NCBI GenBank assembly: GCA_026398535.1
Contig: JAPLSQ010000058.1
Location: 34,339-98,338, forward strand
Length of the DNA stretch: 64,000 nucleotides
Source: Candidatus Sumerlaeota bacterium
GTDB taxonomy: Bacteria; Sumerlaeota; Sumerlaeia; Sumerlaeales; Sumerlaeaceae
Reading direction: 5' to 3'
The notes under the pieces are model-generated. The model saw only the letters and a list, made by a program, of their open reading frames with translations. It was not told the DNA's origin and made no database searches. Shown piece by piece: positions 50,098 through 64,000 of this stretch (its first letter is position 1; each line of letters begins with the position of its first letter). Both the position numbers and the translations under genes were made by a program.

Positions 50098-51807
50098 ATG
50101 ATGAACTTCCTGTCGAAGTATCTGCCTTGTCTGACCGACATTCGCTCCTACCGTCGCGAATGGCTTATGCGCGACATCGCGGCTGGCGTGTCCGTGGCGG
50201 CGATCGCCATCCCGGTGTCCATCGCCTACGCGCAGCTTGCGGGTTTCAAGCCCGTGGTCGGGCTTTACGCCAGCATTCTGCCGCTGGTGGCGTATGCCAT
50301 TTTCGGTTCATCGCGCCAGCTCATGGTCAATCCCGATTCGGCAACCTGCGCCATGATTGCGGCTGTCCTGCATCCGCTCGCCGCGCAAACCGATCAGCAA
50401 TACATCGGATTTTCCATCGTGCTCACCATCATCGCCGGCGTTCTGTGTCTTGTTGGCGGCATCGCGCGGCTGGGATTCGTGGCCGATTTTCTCTCCTATC
50501 CGGTTCTAGTTGGTTATCTGAACGGCATCGCGCTGTCGATCATCGGCAGTCAGCTTGGCAGGCTGCTTGGCGTGAGCATCGAGGGGCATGAGTTCTTTGA
50601 GCAGGTTCGTGACGCGCTGGACAAGCTGAAGAATGTCCAGCCGCTCACGATTGGCTTGGGCGTGGCGATCATCGTGCTGATGTTTGCGATGAAGCGTTAC
50701 GCTCGGCGCATCCCGGCGCCGCTGGTTGGGGTGGTGGCGGCTGGCGTCCTCGCCTGGGCCTGCGGTCTGGGCCAGCACGGCGTGTCACTGCTCGGCCCTG
50801 TTCCGCCCGGTCTGCCGTCATTGCATATTCCCAAACTCACGCATCCGCAGTTCACCCATCTTGCCATGGGCGCCCTTGGCGTTGTCATCGTCAGCTTTTG
50901 CAGCGGAATGCTCACTGCGCGGGGTTTCGCGGCAAAGAATCATTACGACCTCGACGCCAACCAGGAGTTTATCGCGTTTGGTTTCGCCAACATCACCTCG
51001 GGTCTGTCCAGCGGATTCATGGTCACCGGCGCCGACTCTCGCACCGCGATCAACGACATGATGGGCGGCAAGACGCAGCTTGTTGGCGTGGTCGCGGCGG
51101 CGTCCATGGCTGTCGTGCTTTTCTTTCTCACCGGTCCGATGGCGTATGTTCCCGAAACGGCGCTGGCGGGCGTTCTTGTGGTCGGCGCGGTCGGGCTTGT
51201 TGATCTTGGCACCCTGCGCCGCATCAGCCGCATCAGTCCCGTCGAGTTTTGGCTGTCGATCATCACCTCCCTGTCGGTCATCACGGTTGGCGTCTTCCCA
51301 GCGATCGTCATCGCCATTTCGTTTTCGATGCTCAACATTCTGCGCAACATGAGCCGCCCCCACGAAAACATCCTTGCGCGCATGCCCAATGTCAGCGGCC
51401 TGATCGAGGTCAAGGGCTTTCCGGTTTCCTGCGCGTCCGGGCAGGGCATCGTTGTGTACCGGTTCGACGCCCCTCTCCTGTTCTTCAACTGTGATCACTT
51501 CAAGGGCCGCGTACGCGACATCCTCGGCGGCATATCGCCCGCCCCCAGGCATCTGATATTCGATGCCGAGGCGTCGCCGCTCCTTGACACGACGGCCGCC
51601 AAGATGCTCTACGAACTCAATAAAGAATTGGCTCAACAAGGCATTTCGCTCAGCATTGCCCGGTGCCAGGGGCGGTTCCTCGGCATGCTTGAACGCAGCG
51701 GTCTGGCCGGGTTTCTCGGCGCCGCCTCCCTCTTCCCTTCCATCCACCTTGCCATCGAAGCCGCGGAAAAGCAAATGCGGGAGGCGCCCCATGAAGGCCG
51801 AAAATGA
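50098..51807 (+). CDS. SulP-family anion transporter with C-terminal STAS domain
   Basis: REWLMRDIAAGVSVAAIAIPVSIAYAQLAG, multiple TM helices, STAS-like VVYRFDAPLLFFNCDHF. Confidence 0.88.
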   Translation: MMNFLSKYLPCLTDIRSYRREWLMRDIAAGVSVAAIAIPVSIAYAQLAGFKPVVGLYASILPLVAYAIFGSSRQLMVNPDSATCAMIAAVLHPLAAQTDQQYIGFSIVLTIIAGVLCLVGGIARLGFVADFLSYPVLVGYLNGIALSIIGSQLGRLLGVSIEGHEFFEQVRDALDKLKNVQPLTIGLGVAIIVLMFAMKRYARRIPAPLVGVVAAGVLAWACGLGQHGVSLLGPVPPGLPSLHIPKLTHPQFTHLAMGALGVVIVSFCSGMLTARGFAAKNHYDLDANQEFIAFGFANITSGLSSGFMVTGADSRTAINDMMGGKTQLVGVVAAASMAVVLFFLTGPMAYVPETALAGVLVVGAVGLVDLGTLRRISRISPVEFWLSIITSLSVITVGVFPAIVIAISFSMLNILRNMSRPHENILARMPNVSGLIEVKGFPVSCASGQGIVVYRFDAPLLFFNCDHFKGRVRDILGGISPAPRHLIFDAEASPLLDTTAAKMLYELNKELAQQGISLSIARCQGRFLGMLERSGLAGFLGAASLFPSIHLAIEAAEKQMREAPHEGRK

Positions 51808-54800
51808 CAAACATAAAAAAACTGTTGCCCGCGGCGTGAAATCCGCGCGGGGTGTCCGCCGGCACGCCGAGGAAATTCTCCGGACCGGGGAAGCCCGAGA
51901 CAGCAAGGGGCGCAATCGGGTGGAGGAGGAACTGCGGGAAACCAACGCCTATCTTGAAAATCTGATCAATTATGCCAATGCGCCTATCATCGTTTGGGAT
52001 CCGCAATTCCGCATCACGCGCTTTAACCACGCCTTTGAGTTCCTGAGCGGGCGCACTGAGGCGGAGGTGCTTGGGCAATCGCTGGAGTTCCTCTTTCCGC
52101 CCGCTCTCCGCGAGCACTCGATGGCGCTGATTCGCCAGACCTTGAGCGGCCAGCGGTGGGAAGTCGTCGAGATCAAAATCCAGCGTCAGGACGGGTCCGA
52201 GCGTATCGTGCTGTGGAATTCGGCCACGCTGTTAGCGCCGGACGGTCAGACCCCGCTGGCCACCATCGCCCAAGGCCAGGACATTACCGAACGCAAGCGG
52301 GCGGAGGAGGAGCTACGGGAAAGCGAGGCAAGCAGACGGGAGCAACAGGCGCTGCTGGCGAGCGAAACCAACTTCCGCGCATTTTTCGAGGCCATGACCG
52401 ACCTGATCGTTGTGGCCACGCCCGAGGGCCGGATTTTCCATACCAACAAGGCCGTCGAACGCAAGCTGGGCTACAGCGCCGAAGAACTCGCCACGATGCA
52501 CGTGCTGGACATGCATCCGGCGGACAAGCGCGGGGAAGCCGTGGAGATTTTCGCCGCGATGTTACGGGGCGAACGGGAGTACTGCCCGTTGCCGCTGGCC
52601 GCCAAGAGCGGCGCGCACCTCCCTGTCGAGTCGCGCATCTGGCTTAGCCGGTGGAGCGGCGCGGATTGCATCTTCTCCATTTCCAAGGACCTGAGCGTGG
52701 AGCGGGAGGCACAACAGCGCTTCGAGCGCCTGTTCCACAGCAATCCCGCCCTGATGACGCTCTCCACCCCTCCGGATCGGCGGTTCATCGATGTGAACGA
52801 CGCCTTTCTGAAGACGCTCGGGTATTCAAGGGGCGACGTCATCGGCAAAACCGCCGCGGAAATCGGCTTGTTCGCGAATACGGAGAAACAGGCCGCGGTG
52901 ACGGAGACGCTGCGCGAGAAGGAAAACATCACTAATTTGGAACTGCAGGTGCGGTGCGCGGACGGGGCGATCCTCGACGGCCTCTTCTCGAGCGAGGTGA
53001 TCAGCGGCCAGGGGCAGCAATACTTCCTGAGCGTGATGATCGACATTACCGAGCGCAAGCGGGTTGAAGAGCAATTGAAACAGGCCACTGACCGCCTGAT
53101 GCTGGCGGCGCGCGCGGGCAACGTGGGCATCTGGGATTATGACATTGTCAACAACAGGCTGGCCTGGGACGACCAGATGTTCCGTCTTTACGGAATCACG
53201 CAGGATCAGTTCGGCGGCGCCTACGAGGCATGGCAGGCGGGTGTCCACCCGGAAGACCGGCAGCGGGGCGACGAAGAAATCCGGTTTGCGTTGCTGGGCG
53301 AAAACGATTTCGACACCGAGTTCCGCGTGGTCTGGCTGGACGGAAGCATCCGCAACATCCGCGCCCTCGCCCTCGTGCAGCGCGACGCGTCCGGCCAACC
53401 CCTGCGCATGATTGGCACGAACTGGGACATCACTGCCGAAAAGCAGGCCGAGGCGGAACTCCGGGAGACCAACAGCCAGCTCGAATCTGCCATGATGGCC
53501 GCCGAATCCGCCAATCACGCAAAAAGTTTGTTTCTCGCCAGCATGTCCCACGAAATTCGCACGCCGATGAATGCCATCATCGGATTTGCCGAGATTCTCC
53601 GGGCAGACCCCTTGCTGACACCCCTGCAGCACAACTACATGGAAATCATCAACCGCAACGGTGAACACATGCTGAACATCATCAATGACGTGCTGGAGAT
53701 GTCCAAGATCGAAGCAGGACAGGTCGCCCTTTCATCCGCCGTCTTTAATCTGCGCGACCTTCTGGCTGACGCGGAAAGGGTCTTTCGCTCGCAGGCCGAA
53801 GCGAAAGGTCTCCGCTGGCTCATGGACTGGGCGGACAGCGTTCCGCGCTATGTGACCGGCGACGCGGTCAAGTTGCGGCAGGTCCTCATCAACCTGCTGG
53901 GCAACGCGGTCAAGTTCACAGAGCGTGGCGGAGTCACGATGCGGGTTTGGGCCGGCACGGTCGAAGGCCAGCCGGGGGCCGCGCGTCTTGTGGCGGAGAT
54001 AGAGGACAGCGGCCCGGGGATCGCCCCGGAGGAGCAGGGCCTTCTTTTCCGGAGTTTTTCGCAGGCAGGTCCGGGCGACAAGCGGAGCGGGGCTGGGCTG
54101 GGGTTGGCCATCAGCCGGAAATTCGCGCGTCTTATGGGCGGCGACATATCCATGACGAGCGAATTGGGCCGGGGCAGTTGTTTCCGATTCGACGCGGTGG
54201 TGCAGTCCGCTGAAGCGGTTGCGGCTGGGAATGAGGCCTCTCGCAGGCGCTCGGCGCGCCTTCAGGCGGGCGCGGGACCCGTGCGGGTGCTCGTCGTTGA
54301 CGACAACCCGGATGTTCGCATCATACTGGCCGCGCTGCTCAAACCGGCGGGCTTTGAGGTTCAGGAGGCCGTCAATGGCCGGGAGGCGCTGCAAGTCATC
54401 GAAAAATGGCTGCCGCACGTGGTGTTAATGGATATGCGGATGCCGGACATGGACGGTTGCGAGACGATGCGGCGGATGAAGGACACAGAGGCGGGCCGCG
54501 CCATACCCGTCATAACCATCTCGGCCTCCGTAATGAGCAGCGACGAGGAGAGGGCGAAGAAGGTCGGCTCGGACGCATTTATCCACAAACCGTTCCAGAA
54601 GGAGCGTTTGTTCGATGAGCTGAAGCGCTTGCTGAACCTGCGTTACGATTATGCGGAAGAGGCGGGCGAGACGCGCGCCGAAGAGGCGGCCTTCCTGACG
54701 CCGGAAGCCCTGGCCGCGTTACCGGCGGAACTGGTTGTCAAGATGCGCCAAGCCCTGAAAAGGGGCGATATGTGGGGTCTGTCGGAGCTGACCTTCCAGG

Positions 54801-54901
54801 CGGAGAATACCGATCCCGCGGCCACCCGGATACTGCGGGCAATGGCAGACCGTTACGATTATGACAATCTCGGAAAGGCGCTGGGAAATGACGATGAATG
54901 A
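51791..54901 (+). CDS. multi-PAS hybrid sensor histidine kinase / response regulator
   Basis: four PAS/PAC units, H-box [39 protein letters not shown], receiver VLVVDDNPD...LMDMRMPDMDG; overlaps SulP stop by 17 nt. Confidence 0.92.
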   Translation: MKAENDKHKKTVARGVKSARGVRRHAEEILRTGEARDSKGRNRVEEELRETNAYLENLINYANAPIIVWDPQFRITRFNHAFEFLSGRTEAEVLGQSLEFLFPPALREHSMALIRQTLSGQRWEVVEIKIQRQDGSERIVLWNSATLLAPDGQTPLATIAQGQDITERKRAEEELRESEASRREQQALLASETNFRAFFEAMTDLIVVATPEGRIFHTNKAVERKLGYSAEELATMHVLDMHPADKRGEAVEIFAAMLRGEREYCPLPLAAKSGAHLPVESRIWLSRWSGADCIFSISKDLSVEREAQQRFERLFHSNPALMTLSTPPDRRFIDVNDAFLKTLGYSRGDVIGKTAAEIGLFANTEKQAAVTETLREKENITNLELQVRCADGAILDGLFSSEVISGQGQQYFLSVMIDITERKRVEEQLKQATDRLMLAARAGNVGIWDYDIVNNRLAWDDQMFRLYGITQDQFGGAYEAWQAGVHPEDRQRGDEEIRFALLGENDFDTEFRVVWLDGSIRNIRALALVQRDASGQPLRMIGTNWDITAEKQAEAELRETNSQLESAMMAAESANHAKSLFLASMSHEIRTPMNAIIGFAEILRADPLLTPLQHNYMEIINRNGEHMLNIINDVLEMSKIEAGQVALSSAVFNLRDLLADAERVFRSQAEAKGLRWLMDWADSVPRYVTGDAVKLRQVLINLLGNAVKFTERGGVTMRVWAGTVEGQPGAARLVAEIEDSGPGIAPEEQGLLFRSFSQAGPGDKRSGAGLGLAISRKFARLMGGDISMTSELGRGSCFRFDAVVQSAEAVAAGNEASRRRSARLQAGAGPVRVLVVDDNPDVRIILAALLKPAGFEVQEAVNGREALQVIEKWLPHVVLMDMRMPDMDGCETMRRMKDTEAGRAIPVITISASVMSSDEERAKKVGSDAFIHKPFQKERLFDELKRLLNLRYDYAEEAGETRAEEAAFLTPEALAALPAELVVKMRQALKRGDMWGLSELTFQAENTDPAATRILRAMADRYDYDNLGKALGNDDE
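53042..53485 (+). repeat. 444-nt PAS-coding segment, near-identical to 58198-58641
   Basis: 148 codons with only 7 amino-acid differences (DITERKR...[10 protein letters not shown]); flanks unrelated. Confidence 0.9.
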
Positions 54902-56054
54902 AACGGATCAACGGCCGGCAAGAGCAACGATTATGGTTGTGGACGACACCCCGGCCAACCTGGCGTTGCTGGATACCATGTTGCGGAACCAGGGTTACCG
55001 CGTTGCGGCTTTCCCCCGCGGCGATCTGGCGCTGAACGCTGCCGCCGACAATCCTCCCGACCTCATCCTGCTCGACATCGTCATGCCGGGGCTGAACGGC
55101 TTTGAGGTGTGCGGGCGCCTCAAGGCCGACGAGACACTGAGGGACATCCCGGTGCTCTTCATTACCGCCCTGAACAACATCGAGAACAAGCTGAGGGCGT
55201 TTGCGGCGGGCGGCGCGGATTACATCACAAAACCTTTTCAGGCGGACGAAATGGCAGCGAGGGTGAAAACCCACCTGAAACTGCGGGCGCTCCAGCAGGA
55301 GCTTGAGGGGCAAAACCTGAACCTTGAGAGCCTGGTGGCCCAGCGCACCGGTGAACTGGAACAAGCCTTCGCGCAACTGAGCCGTCTCGACCGGGTCAAG
55401 AGCGATTTTCTGACCATGATTTCGCATGAGATGCGCACGCCGCTCAACGGCGTTCTCAGCATCAGCGAGTTTGTCTTCGACTTGGCGCCGGATACCGGGG
55501 AATGCCGCGAACTGCGGAGCTTCTATCAGCAAAGCCGACGCCGGATAGAGCGCCTGCTCGACGACGCCAACACCCTGAACAGTCTTGACACGCCTCACAA
55601 GCAGGAACAACCGTCCCCCATTCCGGTCCTCGAAGTTTTTGTGGAGGCCAAACAGGCGGCGGCCGGCATCACTGTCCTGACCGATTTTCCCCCGGGCTTT
55701 GAGGCGGTTTGCGCGCTGGGTGATCGCGTCCTGCTGATACGGGCTTTCGAGACGCTGATCCAAGTGGCGTCATGTTTTGCCTCGGCCACAAACCTGGCGG
55801 CGCTGTCGGCAACCGTAACGGAGAAACAGGTTGTCCTCAATTTTAGTTTGGACAACTTGCGTCTTGCGGATGATCAGGCGGCCCAATTTTTTGAAATTTC
55901 CTCCCCGGCGCGGTCAGCATCGTTTGCTGAATCCCTTGGTTTGGCTCCGGTGGTCGCGCACAGGATCATCGCGTTGTTCGGGGGCGATGTCCGCTTTGTC
56001 AAGAAAGGCGCCGCGACCGGGATGCTGCGCGTCGAGATGGCGCGGCCGGTATGA
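54894..56054 (+). CDS. response-regulator receiver fused to HisKA and a degenerate ATPase domain
   Basis: IMVVDDTPANL...LLDIVMPGLNG, ITKPF; H-box MISHEMRTPLNGV; C-terminal domain lacks N-box Asn and DxGxG. Confidence 0.85.
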   Translation: MNETDQRPARATIMVVDDTPANLALLDTMLRNQGYRVAAFPRGDLALNAAADNPPDLILLDIVMPGLNGFEVCGRLKADETLRDIPVLFITALNNIENKLRAFAAGGADYITKPFQADEMAARVKTHLKLRALQQELEGQNLNLESLVAQRTGELEQAFAQLSRLDRVKSDFLTMISHEMRTPLNGVLSISEFVFDLAPDTGECRELRSFYQQSRRRIERLLDDANTLNSLDTPHKQEQPSPIPVLEVFVEAKQAAAGITVLTDFPPGFEAVCALGDRVLLIRAFETLIQVASCFASATNLAALSATVTEKQVVLNFSLDNLRLADDQAAQFFEISSPARSASFAESLGLAPVVAHRIIALFGGDVRFVKKGAATGMLRVEMARPV

Positions 56055-56178
56055 AGGCGCGGTGGAAGGACACACACGGACGGACTGGACAGGGCAAGGA
56101 TGTCCGCGATTTTGGAGCAAAACAAGCCCCTCAACTTTTCAATCCAAACCGGTATCCGAAGGATATTGAAACAATGGT

Positions 56179-60648
<4,470 letters not shown>

Positions 60649-60777
60649 CAACCGCAAAAGGCGCAATTCCCGCGTGCCGGTCGTGTTTAAAGAGCGTTTT
60701 CAAGTCTGCCACCGGCGTTACGGTGAACGGCTCCGTCCTGACGCCGGCCCTCAAACGCAAGGGGATCGCCGGATGCC

Positions 60778-60794
60778 TGCAACAATTTGTTGCA
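60778..60794. promoter_or_regulatory. perfect 17-bp palindrome upstream of fucosidase genes (candidate operator)
   Basis: TGCAACAA-T-TTGTTGCA. Confidence 0.35.
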
Positions 60795-60824
60795 TAACAT
60801 CATGAACTTGCAGTGTTTAGTTTC

Positions 60825-60853
60825 TTGATATTATTAAACGGCCACAAATAATA
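60825..60853 (+). promoter_or_regulatory. sigma-70-like promoter candidate
   Basis: TTGATA (60825-60830) - 17 nt - ATAATA (60848-60853) in an AT-rich island about 45 nt upstream of ATG 60900. Confidence 0.3.
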
Positions 60854-60899
60854 CGGTCTTAACAATATGATCAGATGGAGAAAAAAAGAAGGGAGACCG

Positions 60900-62969
60900 A
60901 TGCTCAAGCGGCTGGCGGCAAGAGCGGGAGCGCGCGCGGGCTTGGCAATTTTGTTGATGCTTGTCACGAACCTGAAAGGAATGAGCGGCATGGAACACAC
61001 GCAAGGCCAGGAGAATCTGATTCGCGACGCTTCCTTTGAGGCATCGGATCTGGGTTCCTATCAGACCAAGGTCTGGTCGGGGGAGGCCACAATCTCGCTG
61101 ACATCGAAGCGCGCGCATACAGGCAGCCAATGTTTGCGGATAGATGGAAAAGATGCCAGCGCGGAGGTGTGGCAGACGGTCGCCGTGGAACCAGACACGG
61201 TGTATGAAATCAGTTTTTGGATTTTCACCGAGAATCTGACCGGGCGCGGCGTGACGGGTTTGCGGGCGCACTCGGATCAGTCCGGTCTTTTGCCCTACGT
61301 CAGCCCGACGCTTCGGCCCAACGACGGCCAATGGCACGAGTTCAAGGTTTTTACCCACAGTGGTCCGGCGCGCGAGCTGACCATCCGCCTGACGTTCGGC
61401 ATGTGGGAGGACAAAGCGACGGGCACGGCTTTTTATGATGACCTGATCGTGCGGGCGCGCGTCCGCGCGAAGGGCGCCTATGATCTGGTCCCCGGCCGCC
61501 CGTTGCCGCCGGGCGTCACGATGAGCCGGGAGGCCAAGCCGCCCTACAACGATCCGTACGACACGACGGCGGGTTATCCGGTCGACCGGTTCGAACCGAC
61601 GACCGAATCGTTGCGTCAGTATGCCTGTCCCGAATGGTTTCGCGACGCGAAATTCGGGATTTACCTGCACTGGGGCGTGTATTCTGTGGCGGAACGCGAG
61701 GCCTGGTTTCCGCGGCTCATGTACAACGAGGGTTATGAAGAACACGATTGGATGCGCAAGACGCACGGCCCTGCGTCGAAGTTCGGTTACAAGGACCTGA
61801 TTCCCTTGTGGAAAGGGGAGCGTTTCGACCCGGACCGCCTTGTGCGGTTGTTCAAGCGCGCGGGGGCTCGCTATGTCACGCCCGTGGCCGTGCATCACGA
61901 CAATTTCGACCTATGGGATTCGCAGTATCACCGCTGGAATTCGGTCAAGATGGGGCCGAAGAAGGACATCACCGGCATGTGGCGCGAAGCCGTGCTTCGT
62001 CATGGCTTGCGGTTTGGCGTGACAACCCATTTGGCGTGGAGCTACTCGTGGTGGGGCGTCAACAAGGGCGCGGACACCAAGGGGCCCGATGCCGGTGCGC
62101 CGTACGATGGCAATGACCCGGCGAACTGGGACTTGTACCATCAGCCCAACGGCGAACGCGGTTTTTATCCGATCAATCCGACGGCGCGGTGGCGTTTTGA
62201 ATGGGCGGTGCGCACGATGGACCTGATCGACAAGTATCGGCCCGACCTGCTCTATTTTGACGGTGCGATTCCGTTCAACGGTGTTGACCACGCAAGAACC
62301 GGCATGGAGGTCATCGCCTACTACTATAACCGCAGCATCCAGTGGCACGACGGCCGGCTGGAGGGCGTCATGACAATCAAACAGGGGAGCGATGGATTGT
62401 ATGACGAGCGCGCCGCGACGCTTGACCTGGAACGAACCACGTCGGGCGAGATCCGCGAGCAGCCATGGCAGACCGACGATTCAATCGGGCCGTGGGCCTA
62501 CAAGCGGGGCGCGAAATACAAGACGGCCGAGCAGATCGTCGACCAGCTCGCGGACATTGTGAGTAAAAACGGCAACCTGCTGTTGAACGTGCCGCCGCGC
62601 GCCGACGGGACGCTGGACGCAGAAACCGAGGCGATCCTGGAGAGCATCGGGCAATGGATGGACGTCAATGGCGAGGCAATCTACGCGACGCGGCCGTGGC
62701 GCATCGCCGAGGAAGGCGCGCTGCGCTTCACGCTGAAGGGCGGGCTGCTTTACGTGATCGCGCTGGAGAAGTCCAAGGATCGCCTGCTCGTCAAGGCGCT
62801 GGGAAGCAGGCAGGAGGCGCGGCCGGTCGCGTCGGTCGCCATGCTGGGTCATGCGGGCAAGCTTGAATGGAGTCAGGCGCCTGAACATCTTGGAATCCGA
62901 ATCCCCGGCACGTCCCTTGGGCAACATGCCCTGGTTTTCAAGGTTCGGTTGGCGGACCCGGCCAGGTGA
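60900..62969 (+). CDS. alpha-L-fucosidase (GH29) with N-terminal carbohydrate-binding-like domain
   Basis: GGGAG RBS; signal-like MLKRLAARAGARAGLAILLML; WFRDAKFGIYLHWGVYSV, YVTPVAVHHDNFDLWDS, NSVKMGPKKD. Confidence 0.9.
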   Translation: MLKRLAARAGARAGLAILLMLVTNLKGMSGMEHTQGQENLIRDASFEASDLGSYQTKVWSGEATISLTSKRAHTGSQCLRIDGKDASAEVWQTVAVEPDTVYEISFWIFTENLTGRGVTGLRAHSDQSGLLPYVSPTLRPNDGQWHEFKVFTHSGPARELTIRLTFGMWEDKATGTAFYDDLIVRARVRAKGAYDLVPGRPLPPGVTMSREAKPPYNDPYDTTAGYPVDRFEPTTESLRQYACPEWFRDAKFGIYLHWGVYSVAEREAWFPRLMYNEGYEEHDWMRKTHGPASKFGYKDLIPLWKGERFDPDRLVRLFKRAGARYVTPVAVHHDNFDLWDSQYHRWNSVKMGPKKDITGMWREAVLRHGLRFGVTTHLAWSYSWWGVNKGADTKGPDAGAPYDGNDPANWDLYHQPNGERGFYPINPTARWRFEWAVRTMDLIDKYRPDLLYFDGAIPFNGVDHARTGMEVIAYYYNRSIQWHDGRLEGVMTIKQGSDGLYDERAATLDLERTTSGEIREQPWQTDDSIGPWAYKRGAKYKTAEQIVDQLADIVSKNGNLLLNVPPRADGTLDAETEAILESIGQWMDVNGEAIYATRPWRIAEEGALRFTLKGGLLYVIALEKSKDRLLVKALGSRQEARPVASVAMLGHAGKLEWSQAPEHLGIRIPGTSLGQHALVFKVRLADPAR

Positions 62970-63033
62970 GGCGCTCCTCCGCGCCGCCAGTCACATCTCA
63001 AGGATCGTCACGGATATGAAAGGAGCACATTAA

Positions 63034-64000
63034 ATGGCCGCTTATCAGCCGCAGTGGACGTCGCTGGCTGAACATCCTGTTCCGTCCTGGTTTCGCGGGG
63101 CAAAGCTGGGGATTTATACCCACTGGGGCCCCTATTGCGTCCCCTCTTACGGGGGGAATGGCACGTGGTATCCGCACCAGATGTATATCGACGGGACGCC
63201 GGAGCATCGGCATCATGTGAAGACCTACGGCCACCCCTCGAAATTCGGCTACAAGGATTTCATTCCGATGTTCACCGGCGCGAAATTCGATCCGGAGGAA
63301 TGGGCGGATCTTTTCCGTCGCGCCGGGGCCCGGTTCGCGGGACCCGTGGCCGAGCATCATGACGGTTTTTCGATGTGGGACAGCCGCGTGAACCGCTGGA
63401 ATTCAGCGCGGATGGGGCCGAAACGCAATATCGTCGGGGAACTTGAAAAGACCATTCGCGCCGCAGGCATGAAATTTCTGACGACATTTCATCACGGCGC
63501 GAACTGGATCTTCTTTCCCACGTCAGACCCGCGATACGACTGCATGACGCCGGAGAGCGCGGACCTCTACACGCGCCCGCACGCGCCGGACGCCCCCCCC
63601 GACACCGCCTTCCATGAGCTATGGCTGGCCAAGCTGCGCGAGGTGTGGGACGACTGCCAGCCGGACATCATCTGGTTTGACTTTGACCTGGGGCTGATGC
63701 GCGACCGGTGGCGCCGCCGCGCCATCGCCGACTATTATAACCGCGCGGAGACCTGGGGGCGCGAGGTCGTGGCGACCGCCAAGGAGATGCCGAAGGGATG
63801 GTTCAACCTGCCGCCGCACGCGGGCGTGCTCGACCTTGAAGTGGGCAGGATGAACGAGATGACCCAGCACCTCTGGCTGACCGACACGTCGATCGACGCG
63901 GGGCCGGGGGGCGCATGGTCGCATGTGCGCAACATCGGTTACAAGTCGGTCGAACGGCTGGTGCATACCACCGCCGACATCGCGAGCAAGAACGGCTGCC
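63034..64000 (+). CDS. alpha-L-fucosidase (GH29), 5' part, runs off the window
   Basis: AAAGGAG RBS 63019-63025; my translation: MAAYQPQWTSLAEHPVPSWFRGAKLGIYTHWGPYCVP...FAGPVAEHHDGFSMWDS...NSARMGPKRN; no stop before 64000. Confidence 0.88.
   Translation, partial: MAAYQPQWTSLAEHPVPSWFRGAKLGIYTHWGPYCVPSYGGNGTWYPHQMYIDGTPEHRHHVKTYGHPSKFGYKDFIPMFTGAKFDPEEWADLFRRAGARFAGPVAEHHDGFSMWDSRVNRWNSARMGPKRNIVGELEKTIRAAGMKFLTTFHHGANWIFFPTSDPRYDCMTPESADLYTRPHAPDAPPDTAFHELWLAKLREVWDDCQPDIIWFDFDLGLMRDRWRRRAIADYYNRAETWGREVVATAKEMPKGWFNLPPHAGVLDLEVGRMNEMTQHLWLTDTSIDAGPGGAWSHVRNIGYKSVERLVHTTADIASKNGC

Overview
High-GC bacterial chromosomal segment. The gene content (DUF1559/prepilin-type pseudopilin, paired GH29 fucosidases, GH57, ftsZ present) suggests a PVC-group organism (Kiritimatiellota, Lentisphaerota or Verrucomicrobiota-like); this is inference only. 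I call about 48 protein-coding genes. They include housekeeping genes (ispH, carD, rsfS, yqeK, glpK, glgC, lysA, recX, ftsZ, elbB, apt, pckG) and envelope or glycan enzymes (GT4, GT2, DegT-type aminotransferase, GT-C-like protein, polysaccharide deacetylase, LptF/G permease, GH57, two GH29). They also include a Zn/Mn-type metal ABC transporter, nikR, a prokaryotic pentameric ligand-gated ion channel, a SulP-STAS transporter and three two-component proteins. I recognised no rRNA, tRNA, CRISPR array, transposase, integrase or phage gene. The most unusual content is not a gene cluster but a modular family of short repeats at about 26 loci between 0.6 and 47.9 kb. The modules are a 24-mer (CCGGTCAGCGAGTACGCCATCAGG), head-to-tail 9/10-mers (ACGGAGAAC / ACGGACAA[A/C/G]C), C8-C12 runs, and several unique adaptor modules that carry ATG or TGA. 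Every copy I saw has the same strand orientation whatever the direction of the neighbouring genes. The 9/10-mers lack T on the + strand, so they cannot encode a stop codon in any of the six frames. The repeats fill many intergenic junctions, where they supply SD-like GGAG plus ATG and ATGA stop/start overlaps. They form the C-terminal tails of several proteins. They also lie in frame inside ftsZ, lysA and an acyltransferase-family gene. Secondary observations: two NikR-box-like inverted repeats, a GxxExxY nuclease cassette flanked by 37-bp direct repeats, a 444-nt near-identical PAS segment shared by two hybrid kinases, and several structured intergenic regions. CDS coordinates are anchored to the ORF track. 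Repeat coordinates were indexed by hand and may be off by 1-2 nt. All functional calls come from motif recognition in the translations, not from searches.
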